Source: Pseudomonadota bacterium (GTDB lineage Bacteria; Pseudomonadota; Gammaproteobacteria; Enterobacterales; Alteromonadaceae). From it: a stretch of 64,000 nucleotides of DNA. Within the stretch, counting starts at the first letter, position 1, and each line of letters begins with the position of its first letter. The notes under the pieces are model-generated. The model worked only from the letters and a program-made list of their open reading frames with translations, was not told where the DNA came from and did not search any database. The translations under genes and the position numbers were made by a program. Positions 53,088 to 62,762 of the stretch are shown here, in pieces. The stretch lies in contig JBNJEJ010000003.1 in assembly GCA_051745735.1 (NCBI GenBank), positions 13,656 to 77,655 of the forward strand. Reading direction: 5' to 3'.

Positions 53088-54620
53088 TTACGCGGCATAT
53101 AACGACCACCGCTGTTGCTCGATTAATTCCAGCAGTTGCCGTAATTCCGACTCCAATGGCCGATCCTCTGTTAACAGCGGAAACGAGCAAACCAGGTCGG
53201 TAATAAAATTCTGCGCGTTATCAGCTAACGGCAATGTCGCGGACTGCCGACGTAAACAACAGCCGTGAACAGCGCCCAGCAAAGCAGCAGCAACAACCTG
53301 CTCAGTCAGCGTGATGACCCGGCGGCAATCCCGCGCGGCGATGGTACCCATACTCACTTTATCCTGATTGTGGCACTCGGTAGAGCGCGAAAAAACACTC
53401 GCCGGCATGGTTAGTTTTAAAGCCTCAGCAGCCCATGCCGAGCAACCGATCTGCACCGCTTTAAATCCATGACTGAGTGATTTCTGGCCGCCCTCAGCCG
53501 CGCTTAAATTGGCCGGCAACCCCTGATTGCTTTTGGTGTCCAGTAACAGCGCCATTTGTCGATCATGCAAATCAGCAACATTAGCGACTTGTGTTTTTAA
53601 CAAGTCCATCACCATTGCCACGTGGCCACCATAAAAATGACCGCCATGATGAATTCGCTGCGCCTGTGCATCAACAACAGGATTATCGTTTACACTATTG
53701 AGTTCGTTAAACAACGTGGTTTCAATCCACGGCAGAGCATCTTTCAGCGCCCCAATAATGTGTGGTGCGCACCGAATAGAGTAGCGATCCTGCAGTCTTG
53801 ATTGTTTCGGTGGTGGATTTTGCAAAACCAGGTCACCCGCTATCCATTTTGCCACTTGCTGTTGCCCCAGGTGAGGTTTTACCTGATGCAAGGCTGAGTC
53901 AAAATGATAGGGGTTACCTTTGACCGCAGCTAACATCAGGCTGGTGATACGACTACTCAGCTGACAAAGGTAATGCGCCTTGTTATAGGCAATGCATGCC
54001 AATGCCGTCATCACGGCGGTACCATTCATCAGTGCCAGAGCTTCTTTCGGTCGCAACGGGTAGGGCTGCAGACCCAATTCGGCAAACGCCGATTTGCTGC
54101 TCTGCACACGACCACGAAACCTAACGTCGCGTTCGCCAATGAGTGCGCCGGCCACATAGGACAAAGGCGTCAGGTCACCACTGGCGCCAACACTGCCTTC
54201 TTCGGGGATCAACGGCAATAAGTCTTCTTGTAACATTAACGCTAACCGCTGCAGCAGTTTATAACTCACACCGGAATAACCTTTACACAATGAAGCTAAC
54301 CGAACGGCCAGGATGGCGCGGGTTTCATGATCGGAGAAATGCTGGCCCAGACCGCAACCGTGAAATCGGGTTAAGTTAACCGGTAACTGCTCGACAGAAT
54401 GCAGTGGTACTGACACTTCACAACTGTCACCATAACCCGTGGTAACACCGTAAATTCTGCCATCCTGCTGCAGACATTGCTCAATAAACTCGGCGCCGGA
54501 GTTAATAAACGACTGATAGTTTTCACTGTCATCTAATTTTACTAAACAGCGCTGTTCGCTGATTAACAGGATATCGTCAATACTGACAGGGTCACTGCTA
54601 AAAATTACTGCATTTTGCAT
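53088..54620 (-). CDS. MIO-dependent aromatic amino acid ammonia-lyase, presumed tyrosine ammonia-lyase for the PYP chromophore
   Basis: YGVTTGYG, GSVGASGDL (MIO), QDRYSIRC, HNQDKVSMG; co-oriented with pyp and the ligase. Confidence 0.9.
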   Translation of the reverse strand: MQNAVIFSSDPVSIDDILLISEQRCLVKLDDSENYQSFINSGAEFIEQCLQQDGRIYGVTTGYGDSCEVSVPLHSVEQLPVNLTRFHGCGLGQHFSDHETRAILAVRLASLCKGYSGVSYKLLQRLALMLQEDLLPLIPEEGSVGASGDLTPLSYVAGALIGERDVRFRGRVQSSKSAFAELGLQPYPLRPKEALALMNGTAVMTALACIAYNKAHYLCQLSSRITSLMLAAVKGNPYHFDSALHQVKPHLGQQQVAKWIAGDLVLQNPPPKQSRLQDRYSIRCAPHIIGALKDALPWIETTLFNELNSVNDNPVVDAQAQRIHHGGHFYGGHVAMVMDLLKTQVANVADLHDRQMALLLDTKSNQGLPANLSAAEGGQKSLSHGFKAVQIGCSAWAAEALKLTMPASVFSRSTECHNQDKVSMGTIAARDCRRVITLTEQVVAAALLGAVHGCCLRRQSATLPLADNAQNFITDLVCSFPLLTEDRPLESELRQLLELIEQQRWSLYAA

Positions 54621-54641
54621 GGTGTAAGGCCCTATTTAACG

Positions 54642-55883
54642 TTATTCCACTTCCCAGTCCTGCTCTTTGCCCATCTCATTGGTCGGCACTTGATCGGCAA
54701 TCGTGAAATTTTTCGGTATTTCGTGCGGCTGCAATTTATCGCTTAGCCAGCCCGGTAAATCGATCAACAAACGCTCTTTTTCCGACTCTTTACAAGCCTC
54801 ATTCACAATCAAAAGCGCTTTTAATCCGTAATCCGAGTCTGACAACAGCCGCACCCGTGCGGCCTTTACCTGAGGATGCTGTTCGATTAGCGCTGCAATC
54901 CGCGCGGGGTAAACGTTTACACCGTTAACCTGTACTGCCTGATCAGCTCTTTTAAGTGGGCGAAAAAGAAACTCATCACACCACGCCACAATATCCGGTA
55001 AGCTGATGTATTGGTTACTGTCGGTATCCAGCAGTTGCTGTTCGTCGTGGCGCTGCCATCGCGGCAGTAATCGGTACCAACCGTTACGCTGCAGCCGGTA
55101 GCCCAGACCCGAGGTTTCGGAACTGCCGTAAACTTCTAACACTGCAGCCAAACCGCGTTGCTGTAATGTTTGCAACACCGCTTGCGAAGCCGGACCGGAC
55201 GAATTAACCGCAAAGGCGGTAACTGGAAAGTTAACCCCGCGCTCAGCTAATTGCTGGTACCAGCCAGGAAAAGCAATAATCGCATCATGATCCTGCAACT
55301 GCTGAGCTTGGCTTACAGTAAATGCTTTAAGCCCGCGCACCACTTCAGTGTCTAATCGCTCGGGCAACAGCACCGAAAAAATAAAGCCATAAATGTGATG
55401 TGCGGGCACAACGCTGATAAAACGCTCGGGGTGCAGCTGATGCTGTTGTAATAGCCCCGCAAAAAATTCCACTTCGGCAAGTAATGAGTCCCAGCTGTGC
55501 GTTTGTTTTTGCGGCTGTCCGGTCGTTCCGGATGAACTGAAGGTAATGTCTTTGCTGGCCTGGTCACGGCTGGTCAAAACCACCTGAGCCCATTCGTCCA
55601 GGGTAACCGACCTTAACAAATAGTCTTCCAGACCACTGCTGGCAATCTGAAAAAACTCAACCACCCGCCCGGCAATGGACATCCATTCGAAGGAATCCAC
55701 TACCACCTCGTCCCCCTGGCCGCGCACTTTGTTATCCGTGGTTATGATGGTGTTACCGGACCATTGACGGCCCTGCAGGTATTGGCGTTGGTGTCGACCC
55801 GAATCGGTCTGCTTGCGGTTCAGCTCATCGGCGATAATTGCACCGATGACGCTGACAATAGATGAGGATGTTAACGAGGGCAT
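54642..55883 (-). CDS. 4-coumarate ligase, PYP-activation family (AMP-binding)
   Basis: FSSSGTTGQP P-loop, EVYGSSET, PTNEMGK; TAATG overlap with pyp. Confidence 0.85.
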   Translation of the reverse strand: MPSLTSSSIVSVIGAIIADELNRKQTDSGRHQRQYLQGRQWSGNTIITTDNKVRGQGDEVVVDSFEWMSIAGRVVEFFQIASSGLEDYLLRSVTLDEWAQVVLTSRDQASKDITFSSSGTTGQPQKQTHSWDSLLAEVEFFAGLLQQHQLHPERFISVVPAHHIYGFIFSVLLPERLDTEVVRGLKAFTVSQAQQLQDHDAIIAFPGWYQQLAERGVNFPVTAFAVNSSGPASQAVLQTLQQRGLAAVLEVYGSSETSGLGYRLQRNGWYRLLPRWQRHDEQQLLDTDSNQYISLPDIVAWCDEFLFRPLKRADQAVQVNGVNVYPARIAALIEQHPQVKAARVRLLSDSDYGLKALLIVNEACKESEKERLLIDLPGWLSDKLQPHEIPKNFTIADQVPTNEMGKEQDWEVE

Positions 55884-56260
55884 TACAGGCGTTTTACAAA
55901 CACCCAGTAGCTGTCACCAGACAACGCTTTTTTCATGTGAACTTTAACTTTTGTCGGTTTCATCTCGTAATCAAACGTGTATTCAAACATGGTGTTGAGG
56001 TTACCTGTTTTTACACCTTCGTCAAACTTGCCTTTAAACTCTTTACTGTCGGTGCATGGAGCAACCTCGGTAAAAAAGTTTTTGCCGATCACTGTTGACG
56101 GATCACGACCGGTGATGTCGCCCTCGGCGGCATTGTACTGGATAATTTTACCCTTATCATCAAGTTGTATGGCTCCAAAGGCAACATCATTCAGTTGCGA
56201 GTCGTCCATTGACGCCAGCTTGTTTTCGATGTCATCAGAGCCGAATTTTACCATTTCCAT
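55883..56260 (-). CDS. pyp: Photoactive yellow protein
   Basis: 125 aa from ATG 56260; Y42, E46, T50, R52, C69 (VAPCT) and M100 conserved relative to the Halorhodospira PYP as recalled. Confidence 0.97.
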   Translation of the reverse strand: MEMVKFGSDDIENKLASMDDSQLNDVAFGAIQLDDKGKIIQYNAAEGDITGRDPSTVIGKNFFTEVAPCTDSKEFKGKFDEGVKTGNLNTMFEYTFDYEMKPTKVKVHMKKALSGDSYWVFVKRL

Positions 56261-56392
56261 AGATTTCTCCATCTATTTTCCATTCGATTTTTCAGAACTC
56301 GTATGCAAATTAATCGAGTCAGTGTTTAATATCAATGATTTTCTTTAACAACATTGGTATGCTAAATAACAGATTAACGAAAGGAGCAACTG

Positions 56393-57592
56393 ATGTCGTT
56401 AAAACCCTTCCCCTCGATGGCGGTGTGCGCTGCATTAGTTTTTACTGCAGGGCTTTCTGCCCAAGCAACGGATGCCGCAGAAATCGACAGCCACCAACTG
56501 CTTAAGTCAACGCAACAACATTTGTCCAATTCATCGGCAACCTTACCCTCCGTCAGCAATTTCTCCAGCCGTCGGTGGTTGGCAGACGAACCAACCCTGT
56601 CAATTATGCGCTGGCAATCTAATGATAATCAGACGGGTACTGATGAAACCGAAGTCACTCTCGATTTAACTATACTGACGCCAACGCAGCGCCAACTCAT
56701 TGGCCGCTTTGACACACTCTCGGCCCGCTTAAAAGAGACCGAACAACGGCAGTTTCAGTTACACATTTCGGCATTTTTACGTGACCACTTCTGGCGTGCT
56801 AATCGCGCCCGGTTAAGGCTACAGTTTTATCAGGACGTCATAGATCAGTTACAACAACTGGAACAACAAATTGAGCAGCGCTACCAGGCACGTAATGCCA
56901 CCGACTTTGACCGCATTCTGATCCAGCAGCGGCTAATAACCTACCAGACCAAGGTACAGCAGCAACAACTTATGCTGCAGGCACTGACGCAACAATGGCA
57001 ACGAGTGACCGGTCAAAGTGAACTGCCCGCGACCTTGTCCGAGCCCGAAAAAAAATCAATGCAACTAACCCAACACCCGGTGTTAATGCAACTTCAGCTG
57101 CAATGGCAAATCGCCCTTGCCGCGGCTAAAAACGAAGCAGAAAAAAGTCAAAACTGGGCTTTATCAGCGGGTTTTAAAAAAACCGAAACCAGCAACCTCA
57201 GCGACAACCAAGTTGGTTTGGGGGTCAGCATTCCCTTGTCCTTGTCAGGGTCACTTTCCGCGGTATCTTATCAATCACTACAAAGCCAGCGCCAACAGAC
57301 CCTAACGGCGTTACAACAACAACAATTGACGCTGCAATTGCGCGTGCAAAACCAAATCAGCCGGGTACAACAAGCCAGGCAACAAGTAAAACTGACCCAG
57401 CAAAATAAAAAATTAAGTACCCAGGCAATAAGTCAGTTACAGCAGCTATATAAAGCTCAACAGATTAATACCCGCCGCTTTGTCGACCGGTTAATTGAGC
57501 AATGGCAGTACCGCCACCAATATCAAATCGCTGAAATTGAACTGCAATTCGCCCGCGCGCAATTAAATCAAGCAAAAGGAATTATTTTATGA
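56393..57592 (+). CDS. TolC/CzcC-like outer-membrane efflux protein (divergent)
   Basis: Signal peptide, long Q-rich coiled coils, VGLGVSIPL strand; first gene of the RND operon. Confidence 0.7.
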   Translation: MSLKPFPSMAVCAALVFTAGLSAQATDAAEIDSHQLLKSTQQHLSNSSATLPSVSNFSSRRWLADEPTLSIMRWQSNDNQTGTDETEVTLDLTILTPTQRQLIGRFDTLSARLKETEQRQFQLHISAFLRDHFWRANRARLRLQFYQDVIDQLQQLEQQIEQRYQARNATDFDRILIQQRLITYQTKVQQQQLMLQALTQQWQRVTGQSELPATLSEPEKKSMQLTQHPVLMQLQLQWQIALAAAKNEAEKSQNWALSAGFKKTETSNLSDNQVGLGVSIPLSLSGSLSAVSYQSLQSQRQQTLTALQQQQLTLQLRVQNQISRVQQARQQVKLTQQNKKLSTQAISQLQQLYKAQQINTRRFVDRLIEQWQYRHQYQIAEIELQFARAQLNQAKGIIL

Positions 57593-58605
57593 CATCAGCT
57601 AAGCCTTTAGTCTCGACTTTAAAATGTCTGACCTTGCTATTTTTTGTCGGCTCTGGTGCGGCAGTTGCCGTCGAAACGGTAAGCGCTGATGACATGAAAA
57701 ACTACCAGCTGGGATTATCCGATCCAACCCCGGCAGAGAACGTTGTGCTAGCACCGGTTATCGCTCAATGGACGTTTGCCCCCGGCAGTCCACTGAAAAT
57801 TGCGCACCCTTTTGAGCAAGCAAAAATTGATATCTTGGTGGCCGATAGCCAGTACCTGAATAAGGGTACTCAGGTTGCCACCATCAGCGGTCCCTCAGTT
57901 ACCCATTTCTATCACCGACTGGACGTGGTCGAACAACAATTCAAAGTTGCTGAGCAGCGCTACCAAAGTAATCAACGCTTATTTGAAGACAACGCCATCG
58001 CTGCTGAACAATGGCAACAGACATTAACCCATTTTTTGCAGCAGGCGGACCAGTATCACGAAATTCAGGTGTTTGCCGAACGCTTTCAACAAATTGATGA
58101 CAACCGGGCCTCGTTCTCGATGCCAGCAGACGGTATCTGGCAACTGAGCGACAGCGCTGACGTGTTAGGTATGGTGATGGCGCAAGAAGATTTAAGAATT
58201 GGTGCTCAGGTGCCTCAGCAAATAGCGCCACATGTCAGGGCGTTGGTCGTCGGTAATAACCAGTACAACGTCAGTTTTCGTGAGCAAAGCTCGAACAATG
58301 GTATGGTCACCCTGTGGAGCGAACCCGCCCGGCAAGACCCTTGGCGGATCAACCAAATACTATCCGCAAAACCCAGTATTACCGTAGAAAATGCGGTACA
58401 AATACCGGCAACCGCACTCACCTCGTTAGCCGGCCAGGCGACCGTTTTTGTTGTCCGCAACAATGAATTTATTCCTGTTGCCGTTGATGTGGTCGCTCAG
58501 CGCTCTGACTTTTACGTGGTGGTGCCACAACAGACGCTCGGTGGTCAAATTGTCACCGAGTCAATTGGTGCCCTTAAAGGGATTTACAGCGACGAGGAGC
58601 AGTAA
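57589..58605 (+). CDS. RND periplasmic adaptor subunit
   Basis: Alpha-hairpin with RY..N..L...AIA, QIPATAL...VFV tail; ATGA overlap. Confidence 0.72.
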   Translation: MTSAKPLVSTLKCLTLLFFVGSGAAVAVETVSADDMKNYQLGLSDPTPAENVVLAPVIAQWTFAPGSPLKIAHPFEQAKIDILVADSQYLNKGTQVATISGPSVTHFYHRLDVVEQQFKVAEQRYQSNQRLFEDNAIAAEQWQQTLTHFLQQADQYHEIQVFAERFQQIDDNRASFSMPADGIWQLSDSADVLGMVMAQEDLRIGAQVPQQIAPHVRALVVGNNQYNVSFREQSSNNGMVTLWSEPARQDPWRINQILSAKPSITVENAVQIPATALTSLAGQATVFVVRNNEFIPVAVDVVAQRSDFYVVVPQQTLGGQIVTESIGALKGIYSDEEQ

Positions 58606-58607
58606 GC

Positions 58608-61600
58608 ATGGTTAGCAAAGTTCTCGCTTTCTCGTTAAAAAACCGCTTGTTTGTTTTTGTTTTATTTGGCCTGTTGATTGGTCTTGGAGTCCAGTCACTG
58701 CGGACTCTGCCCGTTGATGCGTTCCCTGAAATTTCGCCAACTCAAGTCAGTATTATTTTACGTGCTCCCGGTATGTCCGCAGAACGCGTCGAAAATCAAG
58801 TAACCCATCCTTTAGAAACCGAACTGCTGGGTATTCCCAGACAAAGTATTTTACGTTCCACCACTAAATACGGTATTACCTCCATCACTCTGGACTTTGA
58901 GGAAGGCACCGATATTTACTGGGCTCGGCAACAAGTGGCTGAAAAACTTGCAGCCGTACAGGATCAGTTCCCCGCCACTATCGAAGGTGGAATGGCGCCG
59001 ATGAGCACGCCATTAAGCGAAATGTTCATGTTTACCCTCGAAAATGACGGTCTGGATTTAACTGAGAAGCGTCATTTGCTTGACTGGGTTATCAGGCCGG
59101 CACTGCGCACAGTAGAGGGGGTTGCTGATGTCACTAACCTGGGTGGTAAAGTCAGGACATTCGAATTCAGTCCCGACGCGCAACGGCTGGCGGAAGCGCA
59201 GCTGTCGTTGCAGCAAATAAAAACCGCCTTAGACGATGCTAACCAAGTGGGCAATCTGGGTCGCGTGGTTATTGGCAGCGAAACTTTTAGTGCACGAGTC
59301 AGCGGACGTATTGTTAACCTTAACGATCTCAAGCAACTGAGTGTCAGTAACGGTCAGGGGCAGGTCTATTACCTAAAACAATTAGGTGACGTCAGCATAA
59401 GTTATTTGCCCCGCTTTGGTGCCATCACCAAAGACGGCAAAGAAGCGGTTGAAGGGTTAGTTGTTGGTTTACGCGGGGCTAACGCAGCAGCTGTCGTCGA
59501 AGCAGTACAGGACAAATTAACACAGCTCGAACCCAGTCTGCCGCAGGGCACAGACATTAACGTCTTTTATAACCGTAAAAAGCTGATCGACACAGCAATT
59601 GAGTCCATCTCTACTGCGTTGATGCAGTCGGTTGTGCTGGTCATTGGCGTGTTAATTTTCTTTTTGCGTAATTTGCGGGCATCCATTCTGGTTTCGCTGT
59701 CCATCCCCATTGCCGCCTTAATGACCTTTATCAGTCTACAGCTTTTAGGGCTTTCAGCTAACCTCATGAGTTTGGGGGGGCTGGTTATTGCGATTGGTAT
59801 GATTGTAGATTCCTCCGTGGTGCTGACCGAAAAAATAGAAAGTCAGCTTACTCAGGGTCATAAATTGCCACTGCTGCACGTAATTTTTCGCTCCTGTCAG
59901 TCAGTAGCCCCCTCGGTACTGACCGGTACAGTGGTCATTATTCTGGTCTTTTTGCCGTTACTGACGTTAACCGGTCTGGAGGGCAAGTTGTTTTCGCCGG
60001 TTGCTTTAACCATTGTGATTGCCATTACCGCGGCATTGATGATTGCCTTAACCTTAGTGCCGGCGCTGGCTTCGTTGCTGATTAAACCCAAACAACGAAA
60101 TAATCCCTCGCTGGCCAAACTGCAACGCTTTTACCGCACCATCCTGACTTCTGCCAGTCGCCATAAAGGGTTTGTATTTGCCGGCTTCGGTGTGGTCTTT
60201 TTGCTCAGCATCCTGAGTTTTGCCATGGCCGGTAAAACCTTTATGCCGACCATGGACGAAGGTGACATCATCGTGCAATTAGAGAAAGCCCCTACTGTCT
60301 CACTGCAAGAGTCGATAAATTTGGACAAGCAGGTTGAACAACAGTTACTGCAACAGGTTCCTGAGATCAAACAAATTGTCGCCCGCACCGGATCAGATGA
60401 ACTGGGACTGGACCCGATGGGCTTAAACGAAACTGATGTGTTTATGGAGCTTGAACCACGTTCTGAATGGCGCTTTGACAGTAAACAAGAGCTCATCGCT
60501 GCGATTCGGGATGTTGTCAGCGGCTATCCGGGCATGAAAATCAACTTTACCCAGCCGATACAAATGCGAATTTCTGAGATGTTGACGGGCAGTACCGGCG
60601 CGGTCAGCATTAAAGTATTTGGTGACAATATTGGCCGGCTGTCTGAATTTGCTAATCGCATCGTAGCTGAGGCGGAGCAACTTAAAGGCAGTGTTGACGT
60701 TCAGGCAAGTGTGATTACCGGAGCTGAATTTGTCGACATTGTTCCCAACATGCAAAAAATGGCTTACTACGACATCAGCAAAACGCAGCTGACCGAATTT
60801 GTGGTATCGCAACTTTCTGGCTTTACCACCGCTAAAGCTGTTGAAGGAAAGGTACGTACTCCCATTACTATTGCTACGCTCGATGGAGATACCAGTTACC
60901 AAGCGCTGCAGACTCTGCGCCAAATGACCCTGATCAGCGATCAGGGTGAAGCCATTGCGCTGGCAGAGCTAGCCGAGGTTACCACCAGCACAGGTCCGGC
61001 GATTATTGAACGTGAAAATGGCAACCGCTACGCGCTCATTACCAGTAATGTGGAAAATCGTGACATCGTCGGGTTCGTCGAGGAGTTAAAAGGTAATGTA
61101 TCGGACAACATCGCGCTTGATGCGGGCTACTTTGTTGAATACGGAGGTGAATTTGAAAATCAGGCGCGTGCCAGTGCTAACTTACTGATGGTGATACCCA
61201 TTGCACTGCTGCTGATCGTCATCTTATTGTTCTCATCACTCGGCTCGTTTAGCTTAACTCTCATGGTATTAACCAATATACCCTTCGCGCTAAGCGGTGG
61301 TGCCATTGCTTTATGGGTTAGCGGTGCTTATATGTCGGTTCCCGCTTCGGTTGGCTTTATTGCGTTAATGGGCGTCGCTATCCTTAACGGGGTGGTTATG
61401 ATAAGCCACTTTGAACAAACCAAAATTCATTTTAGCGACCTGCACGAACTGGTTTACCAGGGAGCTATCGATCGTTTGCGTCCGGTACTGATTACTGCCG
61501 TCACAGCAATTTTTGGTTTGATTCCGCTACTCATGGCAGCAGGTCCCGGCTCGGAAATACAAAAACCGTTGGCTATTGTGGTTATCGGTGGCTTGATCAC

Positions 61601-61673
61601 TGCGACTCTGGCCACCCTGGTGCTGCTGCCACTGTTGTACTTAATTGCCCACAGAAGGTCCACTCATGTCTGA
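58608..61673 (+). CDS. CusA/CzcA-family heavy-metal RND permease
   Basis: LPVDAFPEIS, ANLMSLGG, FMPTMDEG, RLRPVLITA, GSEIQKPLA. Confidence 0.93.
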   Translation: MVSKVLAFSLKNRLFVFVLFGLLIGLGVQSLRTLPVDAFPEISPTQVSIILRAPGMSAERVENQVTHPLETELLGIPRQSILRSTTKYGITSITLDFEEGTDIYWARQQVAEKLAAVQDQFPATIEGGMAPMSTPLSEMFMFTLENDGLDLTEKRHLLDWVIRPALRTVEGVADVTNLGGKVRTFEFSPDAQRLAEAQLSLQQIKTALDDANQVGNLGRVVIGSETFSARVSGRIVNLNDLKQLSVSNGQGQVYYLKQLGDVSISYLPRFGAITKDGKEAVEGLVVGLRGANAAAVVEAVQDKLTQLEPSLPQGTDINVFYNRKKLIDTAIESISTALMQSVVLVIGVLIFFLRNLRASILVSLSIPIAALMTFISLQLLGLSANLMSLGGLVIAIGMIVDSSVVLTEKIESQLTQGHKLPLLHVIFRSCQSVAPSVLTGTVVIILVFLPLLTLTGLEGKLFSPVALTIVIAITAALMIALTLVPALASLLIKPKQRNNPSLAKLQRFYRTILTSASRHKGFVFAGFGVVFLLSILSFAMAGKTFMPTMDEGDIIVQLEKAPTVSLQESINLDKQVEQQLLQQVPEIKQIVARTGSDELGLDPMGLNETDVFMELEPRSEWRFDSKQELIAAIRDVVSGYPGMKINFTQPIQMRISEMLTGSTGAVSIKVFGDNIGRLSEFANRIVAEAEQLKGSVDVQASVITGAEFVDIVPNMQKMAYYDISKTQLTEFVVSQLSGFTTAKAVEGKVRTPITIATLDGDTSYQALQTLRQMTLISDQGEAIALAELAEVTTSTGPAIIERENGNRYALITSNVENRDIVGFVEELKGNVSDNIALDAGYFVEYGGEFENQARASANLLMVIPIALLLIVILLFSSLGSFSLTLMVLTNIPFALSGGAIALWVSGAYMSVPASVGFIALMGVAILNGVVMISHFEQTKIHFSDLHELVYQGAIDRLRPVLITAVTAIFGLIPLLMAAGPGSEIQKPLAIVVIGGLITATLATLVLLPLLYLIAHRRSTHV

Positions 61674-61974
61674 ACAACTGATTAAATTATACTTTACCGC
61701 TGAACAGCACCCGGACATTGTTGATGCCCTGATGCAGGTGGAAAACCTAAGTGGCTTTACCCTTTATGCGGTCGAAGGATTCAGCCACCGGCAACAACGT
61801 TTCGATCTCAACGAGCAAATCAAAGGATCGCGTTCAATGTACAGTGCCGAGGTGATTTGTAACGCAGAAACTTTTGCGGCAATCAAAGAGTCTTTATCAA
61901 ATCTTCACTTTAATGAACCATTGCGCTATTACATTACTGAGCTACACGAACAAGGTTGCATTGAAGCTAGCTGA
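61666..61974 (+). CDS. DUF3240/PII-like small protein
   Basis: LSGFTL..VEGFS, EQIKG; usual position after heavy-metal RND genes. Confidence 0.75.
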   Translation: MSEQLIKLYFTAEQHPDIVDALMQVENLSGFTLYAVEGFSHRQQRFDLNEQIKGSRSMYSAEVICNAETFAAIKESLSNLHFNEPLRYYITELHEQGCIEAS

Positions 61975-61982
61975 CTTTGTAT

Positions 61983-62579
61983 TCATTTAGCCCGACTTTT
62001 ACCAACCCCTGCACTGATGGTCAGTTGCAGGGCATCGGCTGGCTTCATATCAAGAGACTCAATACAGTCGCGAGGCACTATGACCATATAGCCACCAACC
62101 ATGTAGCTCATGGGTAAAAAAACAGCAACTTGGTCATCGCCTAAAATTTTTGAAAAACGGTCATTATTATGGCCGCCCTTTTTCGTCACGATGCCAATTA
62201 ACCGAGTGTTGCTTTGCGGTAATGTCACCATAACCACCGACTCGTCGGCAAAGTCCTTACCCGACATCATTTCAAAAATATCATTAACGGTGCCGTACAA
62301 ACTGCGCAGTAACGGCAGTTTGTTCATTAAAAGACCCGGTAATTGCCACACCCAATTGACCGTACGCCAGCGCGCACTAAAGCCAATTAATACCGCGATA
62401 ACCAAAAAGCTGATGAAAGCCAAGCCGGGGAAATAATAGGTTTCGCCTAAAATAGCAATCCAGATAGGACTTAACCAAGCTTCTATGGTCACCAGTAACC
62501 ACTGAACCAAAAATATCGTAACGATAATGGGTAGTAATATGGCGAAGCCTTTCAACATTGATTGAATAATAGTTTTCAT
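61983..62579 (-). CDS. DUF502-family membrane protein
   Basis: G.AILLPI.VT, LP.LRSLY, VFLPMSY.VGG. Confidence 0.85.
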   Translation of the reverse strand: MKTIIQSMLKGFAILLPIIVTIFLVQWLLVTIEAWLSPIWIAILGETYYFPGLAFISFLVIAVLIGFSARWRTVNWVWQLPGLLMNKLPLLRSLYGTVNDIFEMMSGKDFADESVVMVTLPQSNTRLIGIVTKKGGHNNDRFSKILGDDQVAVFLPMSYMVGGYMVIVPRDCIESLDMKPADALQLTISAGVGKSRAK

Positions 62580-62762
62580 CGCAGCGTTTTCATCCTGTTT
62601 GCGGCATAATGTCTGAACCTAACACTGGTTTTTATTAAATGCATGGATTTTACCGTTTTCACGGCCGTACTAGAGCCTCACAACGCCAGCCGCAGAAAAC
62701 TCAACGAAAGCTAACCAAAGCCGAGCGCCTGTTCAATTGCTATGGCAAGTAGTCACTAATTT

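Noticed and set aside
53088-54620. Calling this gene hutH
   Set aside because: No hut genes nearby, lacks the Ser-His switch pair, and sits in the pyp operon
56820-57560. CAA/CAG-rich low-complexity stretch as a repeat array
   Set aside because: Explained by Gln-rich coiled coils of the TolC-like protein; no fixed repeat unit
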